From IMG/VR virus record IMGVR_UViG_3300032799_000664, positions 1-64,000 of that record: a DNA stretch of 64,000 nucleotides. The stretch is one strand, 5' to 3'. The position numbers and the translations under genes are program-made. Position 1 is the first letter of the stretch, and each line of letters opens with the position of its first letter. Below the pieces are notes generated by a model. That model was not told the origin of the DNA. It saw only the letters and a list, made by a program, of their open reading frames with translations, and made no database searches. This DNA is from a virus. Shown one piece after another: positions 34,894 to 44,125 of this stretch.

Positions 34894-36966
34894 CTATGCC
34901 GCTGCTCGCAGCATCTTGAAGTACTCGAACACCAACTCGCGCCGGGGCGACCAGTTGGGGAATGGCAGTGACTTCACCAGCTGGTAGCCATAACCGCGCC
35001 ACAGCTTCTTCGTGCCGATGTCCTGTGGATCGATCTCGCGATTGCCTCCGACCCAGATACGCACGTCGAGGATAGCCACCACGCCCCGGTCATCTCGAGT
35101 GCGTACCAACCGCCCGGCGGCTTGCTGGACGTCCTGCTGCATCTGCGGGTAGCTCCAGCCCGCGAACCAACCGCTACCCAGGCGTTCGCTCTTGGCCTTA
35201 GTCAGCGGGTCATCCGGTGACGGGAACGGCAGCTTGGGGATGATGACCAGCGACAGTTTCTCGCCCTGGACATCGATGCCCTCGAAGAACGACTTCGAGC
35301 CGAAGAGCACGGCGCGGTCGGTGTGCATGAACTCGTCGAAGACTTCCGGCGCGCGGCGACCGTCACCTTGCGCCAGCAGCGGGTACTCGAGTTCGTACTC
35401 GGTGTCGACGATGCGCCGGATTTCACGCAGGTCGTTCATGGACGAGAAGAGCACCAGTGCGTTGCCCCCTGAAGCACGTACCAGCTGCACTACTTCGTCA
35501 GCTATGGCGTTGTGCCACTTGGGGTCGTCGGGACGTGGCAGATGCTTCGGCAGGTACACTAGCGAACGCTGATAGGGGAACGGCGAAGGTACGCGCACCT
35601 CGTGCTTCGGTTGAAGTCCCAACTCCGCAGCCAGGGCTTCTGTGCTGAGTGTGGCACTGGTGAACAGCACCTTGTTGATACCGGCGAACTTGGGACCAAC
35701 CAGTGGTGCCAGATTCACGGGTTGCCGGAGGATTCGCTTGCGCCCGGTGTTCGTGTCCTCTTGCGAGAGGATGTAGTTGTCGTCGGTTTCGTAGCTATCG
35801 AGAATGGTACGCCGCTTCTCGAAGAGCTTGTCGAGCTGCTTGGTGACCGCGTAGAAGTCATGCAGCGGTGCGGCGTCGCCGTGGTCCCGCTTGTTGAGCA
35901 GATCGATCTGGATAGCTTCGAGATCGACTTCTCCGTCATCTTGTACATGACCCCAACGCGAAGCCATGTAGTCATGCAGCTTGGCCTTCAGCGTCGCCAG
36001 ATCGACCAGGACGGTTTGTCCCGCGGCACCGAGGACACCCACCGGCAGCATCTTCGTCGCGGGCAACTGGGCGAACATCGTAGCCCAGTGATCCTCGATA
36101 GCATCGCGTTCCTTGTCAGCGAGATGCATCACCGCGTCGCGCTGCAACCGATTGATGTAGGAGCGCAGCCAGGTCTCGCTGAGGTCTTGTGAGAAAGCAT
36201 TGCGGATGAACCCCGGCGCGACGTGCGCTTCATCGACCACGAGGATGGTGAACGGACCGATGACTGCCGGTCCGTAGCGGAGCGCATAGCCGAGCAGTGC
36301 GTGGTTGACGACCACGACGTCAACGCCAGGAAGTTCATCGCGACGCCGGCGGTAGCCGCACAACCCTTTGGCACCGTAGCTGCACTTCACGCACTCTTCA
36401 GCGGTGCACGTCGAAGCGGGGAACTCCAGCTGACCCGGAAACGCGTCCAGGTCACCGGTGTGTGACCGGTCAGCCGCCCAGGCCGTCAGCGCACGATGCA
36501 GCTTCTCCTGCCCTTGGGCACGGAAGAGCCCTTCGTTCTTCTCGAGCATGTAGCGACAGACGTAGTTGCTCTTCCCCTTCATGGTGACGAACTGCTTGGG
36601 ACGACCGAGGATACGTTGCAGGAAGGGCAGATCCTTGTTGGCCAGCTGGTCCTGCAGGCTCTTCTTGCCGGTGGCGATGACGATGCGCGTCGGTCGCAGC
36701 ACGGCCGGCACGCCATAGGCGAACGTCTTGCCGATGCCACAGCCGGCCTGGAATACCCCACAAGAGTTGCCAGGTTCGTCCAGCATCTCCTCGAAGGCGC
36801 GAGCGTACTCGACCTGGCCGGGGCGAAGCTCGGCTACCAGTCCCAGCTCAGGTCGACTGAGCAGTTCGATGGCGTCGGGCTGGGCCGGACTGCCACAGCT
36901 CGCACAACGCCCTTCGTTCTGCGCCGCCAGTTCGGCGGGAGTTTCATAGCCGCAGGTACACTTCAC
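34894..36966 (-). CDS. dinG: DinG/YoaA-family ATP-dependent helicase
   Basis: Q motif RPGQ, GCGIGKT, KGKSNYVC, DEAH, TSATL, EGIDV, KLPF, QAAGRLVR; AGGAG before GTG 36966. Confidence 0.92.
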   Translation of the reverse strand: MKCTCGYETPAELAAQNEGRCASCGSPAQPDAIELLSRPELGLVAELRPGQVEYARAFEEMLDEPGNSCGVFQAGCGIGKTFAYGVPAVLRPTRIVIATGKKSLQDQLANKDLPFLQRILGRPKQFVTMKGKSNYVCRYMLEKNEGLFRAQGQEKLHRALTAWAADRSHTGDLDAFPGQLEFPASTCTAEECVKCSYGAKGLCGYRRRRDELPGVDVVVVNHALLGYALRYGPAVIGPFTILVVDEAHVAPGFIRNAFSQDLSETWLRSYINRLQRDAVMHLADKERDAIEDHWATMFAQLPATKMLPVGVLGAAGQTVLVDLATLKAKLHDYMASRWGHVQDDGEVDLEAIQIDLLNKRDHGDAAPLHDFYAVTKQLDKLFEKRRTILDSYETDDNYILSQEDTNTGRKRILRQPVNLAPLVGPKFAGINKVLFTSATLSTEALAAELGLQPKHEVRVPSPFPYQRSLVYLPKHLPRPDDPKWHNAIADEVVQLVRASGGNALVLFSSMNDLREIRRIVDTEYELEYPLLAQGDGRRAPEVFDEFMHTDRAVLFGSKSFFEGIDVQGEKLSLVIIPKLPFPSPDDPLTKAKSERLGSGWFAGWSYPQMQQDVQQAAGRLVRTRDDRGVVAILDVRIWVGGNREIDPQDIGTKKLWRGYGYQLVKSLPFPNWSPRRELVFEYFKMLRAAA

Positions 36967-37010
36967 AGGAAGCTCCTGGTGTTGTTTATGCCATGAGCAA
37001 CGGGAGAAAA

Positions 37011-37586
37011 TCAACCACGAAGAAGTAAATACGACTTCCGCGCCACTTCTAGGCCGTATAGCAAGCTGCGCGCCGCCCACTCACCGGAGCGGATGGCATA
37101 GGCAGGATGGTAGGCTGGAACGACGGTGAAGCCTTGTGGATGTATGAACGCGTGGTTCACTTCGTTCTTCACGCGCAGCTTCTCGATGATGTCCCAGGTG
37201 TAACCCTTGAACCAGCCGATGCTGTATCGCCCGAGCGCTACCACCACGAGCGGCGGATGTTCGCGCAGCTGTCGGTCCAGCCAAGGACAGGTCTTCGTCG
37301 AGATTTCATCGGGGGTGAGGATCTTCTCTCGATCGAGCGGATCGCGCCGCACGCACTGCACGGTGTTCATGATGAACGCGGCGGGCGGCGGCACCTGCGC
37401 CTTGATGAGCAAGGCGTCCAGCAAACGACCGGAGCGCCCGACGAAGGCCCGCCCCTCTTCGTCTTCGTCCTTGCCGGGCATCTCCCCGACGATGAGGAAC
37501 TGACTCTTCTCGTTGCCCCGTCCGAGCGCGACGTTCTTGCGCTGCTCATGCAGGGAGCAGAGGGTGCAGTAGCGCAGCGCGTTCAC
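37011..37586 (-). CDS. uracil-DNA glycosylase family 4
   Basis: CTLCSL, VGEMPGKDED..GRAFVGRSG..LD and YHPAY motifs. Confidence 0.9.
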   Translation of the reverse strand: MNALRYCTLCSLHEQRKNVALGRGNEKSQFLIVGEMPGKDEDEEGRAFVGRSGRLLDALLIKAQVPPPAAFIMNTVQCVRRDPLDREKILTPDEISTKTCPWLDRQLREHPPLVVVALGRYSIGWFKGYTWDIIEKLRVKNEVNHAFIHPQGFTVVPAYHPAYAIRSGEWAARSLLYGLEVARKSYLLLRG

Positions 37587-37837
37587 AGATCGCGCGCCTT
37601 TGCCCCGAGTGCCTCGAGAACCCGGTCCAGCTCGTCACGGCCGTTGGCGATGGCGTGGATGGCCTGCGCCAGCTGGTTCTCGTCGGTGCCGTCTTCGTCG
37701 TACGTCTCGATGATTTCGAAGGCGACGAAGCGTGCCAGACTGTCGCCGTGGTTCTTCTCCGGTTCGTTGAAGTACTGACGTACGAAACTGTCGGGGTACG
37801 CCTGGTCGGCGATGTCGATGAGTTCCTCGAGCTTCAT
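37583..37837 (-). CDS. hypothetical protein
   Basis: GAGGA RBS; GDSLARFVAFEI. Confidence 0.7.
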   Translation of the reverse strand: MKLEELIDIADQAYPDSFVRQYFNEPEKNHGDSLARFVAFEIIETYDEDGTDENQLAQAIHAIANGRDELDRVLEALGAKARDL

Positions 37838-38094
37838 TCGCTGTCCTCTTCCTTGAGCAGGTCGGGGTTGTCGCGGGCCGCGACGAGCGCATCGGCGAAG
37901 CCTTGCTTGTAGGCGCAGCCGGCGCAGACGTGCCGGAGTCGACCTTTCTGATTGGCGGGCAGGGTGGCAACAGTGCGCGGCACATCCGTATGCCGCTTGT
38001 CGCAGATGGTCGTGACGCCCCGCTGCGCCACCAGCAGGCAGTCGTCAGAGATGTGCGCCACCAGGCGCGGACCTAGTCGGGAACCATTGGCCAT
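37834..38094 (-). CDS. hypothetical protein
   Basis: AAGGAG RBS before MANGSRL; RHVCAGCAY..G. Confidence 0.6.
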   Translation of the reverse strand: MANGSRLGPRLVAHISDDCLLVAQRGVTTICDKRHTDVPRTVATLPANQKGRLRHVCAGCAYKQGFADALVAARDNPDLLKEEDSE

Positions 38095-38105
38095 GTGGAG
38101 CTCCT

Positions 38106-38684
38106 TCAGCTGTTCGGGGGATTCTGTTGCGCGAGAAGACGCGTTGGACGCGGCGAAGGAACGGGCAGTGGCGGCAAGCCGCCGAGGGTACGGAAGCGAT
38201 TCGTATGTTGCGTCACCATCATGACGAAGACTCGGACCCGCGCCTTGCAATTGCCGGTGTTGTAGGCCGACAACATGCGATCGGCGCCACACGTACGCCG
38301 TAGGTGCGCCAGGAGCTCAGCTGCGGCCGGGATCGCTTTCTCCGGATTGAGCGCGTCTTGCAACGTGAACGCGCGACATACCTTACGCAGGCACCGAACA
38401 TTGCGTACGCCGACGCGACCGCCGACTGTGAGCTGAGCGATCCCGGCGGCACCCTTCGGGTTGATCTTCCGCGGCTGAAAGCCGGATTCGTAGAAGAGCA
38501 GCCCCTTAAAGATGAAGGGATTGAGATCCCAGGTACGCGCTGCATCCAGGATGAGCACATCGTAACGGTCGGTCTGCGTGAGCCGGAAGGCGCGTTGCTC
38601 GAATGGTTCAGCGGAGATGACTTCCGTCGGCAACGGCGACGACAGGCGCAACAAGACTGTGAGCAGTTGGATGAGCTGTTGCAT
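38106..38684 (-). CDS. lytic transglycosylase (SLT domain)
   Basis: ESGFQP catalytic Glu, GAAGIAQL, SAYNTG; N-terminal hydrophobic segment. Confidence 0.88.
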   Translation of the reverse strand: MQQLIQLLTVLLRLSSPLPTEVISAEPFEQRAFRLTQTDRYDVLILDAARTWDLNPFIFKGLLFYESGFQPRKINPKGAAGIAQLTVGGRVGVRNVRCLRKVCRAFTLQDALNPEKAIPAAAELLAHLRRTCGADRMLSAYNTGNCKARVRVFVMMVTQHTNRFRTLGGLPPLPVPSPRPTRLLAQQNPPNS

Positions 38685-38748
38685 TCGTCCTCGGTCCCCC
38701 GGTACAGTGCGGTGTAGGTGTCCGTCTTCGCTGCTATGCTGAAGGCGT

Positions 38749-38763
38749 CTTTACGCCGTAAAG
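38749..38763. promoter_or_regulatory. palindrome CTTTAC-GCC-GTAAAG in the divergent promoter region
   Basis: Lies between the leftward arm and the rightward virion module. Confidence 0.6.
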
Positions 38764-38818
38764 ATGCGAGGGACCGTGACACTCAAGCTCATACCACAAA
38801 ACGGAGGACTCACACAAC

Positions 38819-39511
38819 ATGACAACGCCAGCATCCACACCCACACGCCCCAAGCTCGGTGATTACGTCCGCCCCGGTGATCAACCGCAGAAAGCGAAGA
38901 GCGCAGACGTCGCACCGAAGCCTGCGGAAACGCCACCACCGGCCACGACCGACGAAGACACAACGCAACTGCCCCCTGAAGCCGCGAAGCAGGAACAGGA
39001 AACGAAAAGCCGACTGTCACTCTACGAGGATATGAGTCAGGCGTTGCTGCCGGTGAAGGACTACGCCAAGTTCCTCGAGGAACAGAAGATCGAACAGTCC
39101 AAGGCGGCGGAGATCGTCGACGATCTGCTCACCAAGGGCTATCACGAAGAAGAGTACCCGCTGACGAAGCGCACCAACGTCGTCCTGCGCACGCGAGAGC
39201 ACCTCGACACGCTGCGCCTGCACGCCGCCATCCAAGCTCAGCAGCCGGTCTACCAGGATGTGCAGCAGGAGATCGTCATCCGCTACAACCTGGCCGCGTC
39301 GCTCGCTGCTATCACCGGACCCAACGGACGCCGCTTTTCATTCAGCACCACCGAGACTGAAGAGAAAGAAGCGCACAAGTTCTTCGATGAGCGGCTGCGC
39401 TACATCGAGCGCATGCCCGGAGCGCTGTTCGCCAAGATCAGCATCAAGCTGGCTGAATTCGACCGGCTCATCTTGGCGGTCATGCGTGAAGGAGTCGCCG
39501 AGCATTTCTAG
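38819..39511 (+). CDS. probable tail assembly chaperone (G-like)
   Basis: GGAGG RBS; two genes upstream of the tape-measure-like gene; ends CAT TTC TAG with an open -1 frame. Confidence 0.6.
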   Translation: MTTPASTPTRPKLGDYVRPGDQPQKAKSADVAPKPAETPPPATTDEDTTQLPPEAAKQEQETKSRLSLYEDMSQALLPVKDYAKFLEEQKIEQSKAAEIVDDLLTKGYHEEEYPLTKRTNVVLRTREHLDTLRLHAAIQAQQPVYQDVQQEIVIRYNLAASLAAITGPNGRRFSFSTTETEEKEAHKFFDERLRYIERMPGALFAKISIKLAEFDRLILAVMREGVAEHF

Positions 39512-39975
39512 CCCAGCCGTGGGGCTACGCACGGGCGTCCCTCCGCGCTCGGGGCCTCCCGTTGCCGCCTCGCGGCTCAGTGCAGGATCGCATCCTGCAA
39601 GAGACGATTGAGCGCGAGCGCATCGCGTCGTACTACACGACGGTGCACACGGGACGCATGCTGGTGGGGGTTCTGCGAGGGACCGATCTGCGTTTCGTTG
39701 GTCGGTTGGAGGAGGAGCTTGCGCTCGCCATCTTCGGGACCATCTTCAACCCGGAGGAGATCGAACGGCGGCTGCAAGACCTGCAACGAGAATCGCGGAT
39801 GCGACGCGAAGTGGCGCTGCGCGACGCCCGGCTGCTCGAGCGGGTTGCTTCCTTTACGGAGGAGGAGGACAATACGGAACAGCAGCGACGTGCTGCCGCC
39901 TTCGAACAACGGCTCCAAGCCCGTCGTCGAGCTGCCCGCAAGGGGATCGACAAGCCCTGGCAGAAGGATGAGTAG
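39505..39975 (+). CDS. -1 frame extension of the chaperone (GT-like)
   Basis: Frame open 39490-39975; no RBS-supported start near its 5' end. Confidence 0.55.
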   Translation, partial: FLAQPWGYARASLRARGLPLPPRGSVQDRILQETIERERIASYYTTVHTGRMLVGVLRGTDLRFVGRLEEELALAIFGTIFNPEEIERRLQDLQRESRMRREVALRDARLLERVASFTEEEDNTEQQRRAAAFEQRLQARRRAARKGIDKPWQKDE

Positions 39976-39978
39976 ACA

Positions 39979-42900
39979 GTGGCCGACGCGACCCAGAACC
40001 TGCGCGACATCATCTCCGGGTTCAACAGCATGGCTGCCCAGGTCGGGTTGCTGCCTACTCCCGGCGGTGCTCAAGGCTTCGGTGGACCAGTATCCCAAGC
40101 GTTCCAGCAGACGCCGACCAAGCACCCCGGTCAGGTCGCCCAGGAGATGGCTGACCAGATCCGGTCACAGGTTCAGGTAGCGCAGCAACACAGCCAGGTA
40201 CAGAACCAGTTCGCCGCAGACTTCTCGCAACGACTCCAGCAGATCCAGCAGAACTACCTGCCGCCCCAGATAGCGCAGTACATGGCACAGACGCAAGGGC
40301 GCGGCACGCCCACCATGGGCATGCCAGGTCCCGGCGGCATCCCCAGCCCCATCTACCAGACCCCGGCGGCGATGGCGATGTACCGGCCGGGACTGCCGGC
40401 GAATCAGCTCTTTGCTCCGGGTGGCTTGATGCAGCCCCAGGTTCCACCCGCGGGTTTCAACGCGCCCATGCCGGCGCCGTTCATCCCGCAGCCGTACATG
40501 CCGCTCTTCCCCGGTGGTCCACAGCTGGGTGGCATGCTGCCGCAGATCTTCGGTGGTCAGGCACCGATTGGTCGCTTCGGTGAACCCTGGGCACGCGAAC
40601 AGATGCAGCAGGAGACCATGGGGAACCGCGCCTTCGCTCAGGCGATGGCGGTGACCCCGACGCTCGCCGGTACGATCCCAGGCGCGCTCGGTGGCGCAGC
40701 TCTGGGAGCACGCATCGGTGCTCGCGGTGGTCTAGGCGGCGCGCTCATCGGCGGTGGCATTGGTCTAGTTGGCGGTGGTGTTGGTGGCGCCTTCGCAGCA
40801 GAGCCGCTGGGTCTGACCCGCATCGGTGAAGCTGCGATCGATCCCGCGGTTCGGCAACGCGCCTACGGTCAACAGCTCGAGGAGATGACGCGGCAGTTCG
40901 TAGTCACCGGACCGCAGTTGCATCCGCTGGGACGCGGCTTGACTCAGCGTGCTGCGGTGCAGACCGCCGGCCAGATGCAGCGCATGGTTGAGGGCGGTGA
41001 GATGAGCGAGTTCAACATGCGCGACGTCATGCGCATCACGAACATCGCGGGACAGCGCGGCATGCTCGACATGGCGCAATCAGGTGAGCAGATCTCCGGC
41101 CAGGTGCGCAACATCGCTCGGGCCGTGCGCCAGTTCATGATGATCGTCGAGTCGCCCGACGTGCAGCAAGCCATGCAATCGATGGCCAGCATGCGCGCGA
41201 TGGGACTCTCCATCCCTGAAACGATGGTCGCAGCCCGCAACGCGCAGATGTTCTCGCGCATGGCCGGAACTACGCCGCAAGCACTGATGGACACGGCAGG
41301 CCGGCACGGCGGCATGATGTTCCAGCAGGCCGGGCTCACAGCCGGTCTTGGGGCACAGGCCGGCATGGGCGCCTACGGCATGGCACGGCAAGCGGAAGCC
41401 GTCGGCGCCTACACCCCGCAGCAACTCGCACTCGCCGGTGGTCGCCAGGGCCTAGCCCAGACGATGATGGAAGGCCAAGCGGCGATGCTCAACATGCGCT
41501 ACCCGCTCATGTCGATGCTGACCCGCGGGGCCAAGGGCGAACTGACGATTGATCAGGAACGCATGGAGGCGCTGCAGTCCGGCCGCGTCTCGTTGTCTCA
41601 GCAAGCCTCCGGAGCTGCAACGAACATCTCACGGCTCGCGCAGATGGGCGGCGTTTCGCAGGAGCGGGTGATCTCCGAGTTCACTTCACGACAGCGCGAG
41701 CTGGCTGACGAGATGGGGCGGCGCCTGGGACCGATGGGCATGCAGATGATGCTCATCCGCCAGGGCATGAACGTGCAGCGCGAGTTCGGCGGCAATATCG
41801 GCCTCGGTTCTGCCTTGCAACAGTTGGGAATGGGTGCCCAGCAAGCGCGCGACCTCGAGCTCATGGCGGGGAACCGCGACGTCTGGCGAGCTGCAGCGCA
41901 GCAGGTTCGAGCTGACATCCCGCGCATGCGGCAGGAAGAGATGGAGCGTCGTCAGGGCGTCATCGACGCTGGCGCCGCAGCGACGCGGCGTGAGATGTTC
42001 CGTCCCGTCTACGAAGCTGGTGAACGTCTGGGACGTGTTGGTGGCGGTCTCAACGAGATGGCGCGTGGTTGGCGCACTGACGTCGCCTCATGGTGGACCG
42101 GTGGTGAACGTACAGCCACGGGTGCACAGGTAGTGCGGCCATCCGAGCGGCTGTCCATTGAAGATCAAGGCACTCAGCGTGCTCTCGAGCGCGGCATGAT
42201 GACCGACGAAGGTTACAGTCGCGCTCGCGGTGCTGCGCGGGGTCTTCGTCCTACCCGTGGTGATACACCGCTTACTGTTCGGGAAGAGATCTCAAGCGTC
42301 TACGGTGGCTTGAAAGACGTGCTTCCGCTGGCCGTTGGGGGTGGCTGGGGTAAGGCCATCGCCACTGGTGTCGGTGTATCGCTACTCCCTGAAGCCTCTG
42401 CGGCACAGCAGTCCAACGTGGCACAGTGGGCTAAGGCACGTGGTGGTACCTGGGGACAGGTCGCTGACTACGCTCCCTGGGCGGCCAACATGTTCGCCGC
42501 GGGTGGTCGTGGGAATCGTTGGTGGATGGGCGGTGGTATCAGCGCTGCCGGTAGCCTCATCGAAGAAGCTCGCGGTGAACCATTCGCTGATCAATTGCGG
42601 CGTGAAGCTGAAGATGTGACCAAGCTCGGCGCAGGCATCTCCAAAGGCGTAGGGATGGGCGCCACAGAGATGGCGCGTGCTGAGCAAGCCCAGATAGAAG
42701 GTCTTCGCGCAGGTGCGCGAGGTGGTGCGGGTGGCGGTGAGGTGAACGTCGACACCATGACTTCCATTGTGCAGCGGATGAGCGGTACGATCGCTGCGCG
42801 AGAACGCCTCGGGAAGGTTCAGGGGCTGGGCGCGATCATCCCCTTCGGGGGACGTGCAAAGACCTTGGGTGAAGACGAAGCCAAGCGGCACTTCATCGCT

Positions 42901-43917
42901 GCTGCGAAGCGTGAAGGCATCGATGAAGAAGTAGCGGCGAAGCAGTGGGACAAGGGTGGACGAGAAGTAGTGATGGGCCGCCTGGCAACCGAAGGCGGTG
43001 CTGAAGCACGCGGTGCTTTGACTACGACGCAAGAAGCATCCACCGGTAAACAAGCGCGCAACCTCGAAGAAGCCCAGAAGCAAGCAGAAGAGCAGGCCGA
43101 GACGACGCGCAAGTTCCTCGGTGAAACCGGCACGGCCACGGCTACAGGTGGCATGTTGGGTATGCTGGCCGGTGGTCCACTGGGAGCAGTCGCTGGTGCA
43201 GCGATTGGTCGCGCGACTCGAGTCTCTGCCAAAGGCGTGAAGGGCTTCGAAGAGTTCGCTATCCGTGTCGACGATGACAACCTCATGTTGCTGGCCGCGG
43301 CGCAAGCGCTCGACGATAAAGGCGGCGACGAAGAGTCAGTCACCGCAATTCGCGACGCGGTGAAAGCGCGCGTAGCCAGCAAGCCCGGTGAGTACACCCG
43401 CCTGTTGAAAGAAGCGCGGAAACCCGGGAACCGGCCTGGTGATCCAGACATCCAGCAAGCCTTGCGGCAGTACGGCAAGACGATGGCCAAGCTCGGTGGT
43501 GAAGAACAGCTTGCGGCCACGCGCAAAGTACGCGCCGGTAGTCGCGAAACTCGCGAAGCCGTGGCGCTGCACCGCGGTGCTGCTGCGATTGCAGCTGAAA
43601 CTGGATCGACTACCGAAGCTGTGTTGGAAGAAGCGCAAACCGACAAGACGGCACGGCAGAAGCTCATTCGGCGCGGCTTCGAAGCCGGTGGTGAAGGCAT
43701 TGGTGGCAAGGGTGCTGGTGGTGCGGGTGAACGAGCAGCGCGTGGCCAGGCTGAACGTCTGGAGAAATTTGGCGACGAAGCGGCCAAAGCCGCCGGACTC
43801 AGTGGTCGTGATGTCCAGAATTTCCGCGTCGCGACGGAAGCTCTGCTCAAGAGCACAGAGTACTTGAGTGCATCCGCAGTAGCCCATACAGTGGGTAGAG
43901 CGACTAGGGAGCCATGA
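39979..43917 (+). CDS. tape-measure-like protein (1312 aa)
   Basis: Long A/G/Q/M-rich helical protein with glycine-zipper hydrophobic segments; follows the chaperone pair and precedes baseplate genes. Confidence 0.7.
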   Translation: MADATQNLRDIISGFNSMAAQVGLLPTPGGAQGFGGPVSQAFQQTPTKHPGQVAQEMADQIRSQVQVAQQHSQVQNQFAADFSQRLQQIQQNYLPPQIAQYMAQTQGRGTPTMGMPGPGGIPSPIYQTPAAMAMYRPGLPANQLFAPGGLMQPQVPPAGFNAPMPAPFIPQPYMPLFPGGPQLGGMLPQIFGGQAPIGRFGEPWAREQMQQETMGNRAFAQAMAVTPTLAGTIPGALGGAALGARIGARGGLGGALIGGGIGLVGGGVGGAFAAEPLGLTRIGEAAIDPAVRQRAYGQQLEEMTRQFVVTGPQLHPLGRGLTQRAAVQTAGQMQRMVEGGEMSEFNMRDVMRITNIAGQRGMLDMAQSGEQISGQVRNIARAVRQFMMIVESPDVQQAMQSMASMRAMGLSIPETMVAARNAQMFSRMAGTTPQALMDTAGRHGGMMFQQAGLTAGLGAQAGMGAYGMARQAEAVGAYTPQQLALAGGRQGLAQTMMEGQAAMLNMRYPLMSMLTRGAKGELTIDQERMEALQSGRVSLSQQASGAATNISRLAQMGGVSQERVISEFTSRQRELADEMGRRLGPMGMQMMLIRQGMNVQREFGGNIGLGSALQQLGMGAQQARDLELMAGNRDVWRAAAQQVRADIPRMRQEEMERRQGVIDAGAAATRREMFRPVYEAGERLGRVGGGLNEMARGWRTDVASWWTGGERTATGAQVVRPSERLSIEDQGTQRALERGMMTDEGYSRARGAARGLRPTRGDTPLTVREEISSVYGGLKDVLPLAVGGGWGKAIATGVGVSLLPEASAAQQSNVAQWAKARGGTWGQVADYAPWAANMFAAGGRGNRWWMGGGISAAGSLIEEARGEPFADQLRREAEDVTKLGAGISKGVGMGATEMARAEQAQIEGLRAGARGGAGGGEVNVDTMTSIVQRMSGTIAARERLGKVQGLGAIIPFGGRAKTLGEDEAKRHFIAAAKREGIDEEVAAKQWDKGGREVVMGRLATEGGAEARGALTTTQEASTGKQARNLEEAQKQAEEQAETTRKFLGETGTATATGGMLGMLAGGPLGAVAGAAIGRATRVSAKGVKGFEEFAIRVDDDNLMLLAAAQALDDKGGDEESVTAIRDAVKARVASKPGEYTRLLKEARKPGNRPGDPDIQQALRQYGKTMAKLGGEEQLAATRKVRAGSRETREAVALHRGAAAIAAETGSTTEAVLEEAQTDKTARQKLIRRGFEAGGEGIGGKGAGGAGERAARGQAERLEKFGDEAAKAAGLSGRDVQNFRVATEALLKSTEYLSASAVAHTVGRATREP

Positions 43918-44123
43918 TGGCCACTTCGCCGCCTTCCCGCCAGCTCACGATGCCTACGCCGCGGAGCTTACTGCGGCTGGCCAACGACAACATCATGAAC
44001 AACTTGCGCCGGCGGCAAGACGCTGATCTGGCCTTGCCGTCGCTCTACAAGCTGGCGTTCGCTGTGGTCTACAACACCGGTGAGATGGCCATCGAGCTCG
44101 GCGACACGCCGCAGGAGCAGTAG
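43914..44123 (+). CDS. small virion-module protein
   Basis: ATGA-coupled. Confidence 0.6.
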   Translation: MMATSPPSRQLTMPTPRSLLRLANDNIMNNLRRRQDADLALPSLYKLAFAVVYNTGEMAIELGDTPQEQ

Positions 44124-44125
44124 GG

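Noticed and set aside
34894-36966. Type IV CRISPR CasDinG
   Set aside because: No cas genes or repeat-spacer array in the window; the neighbours are repair genes.
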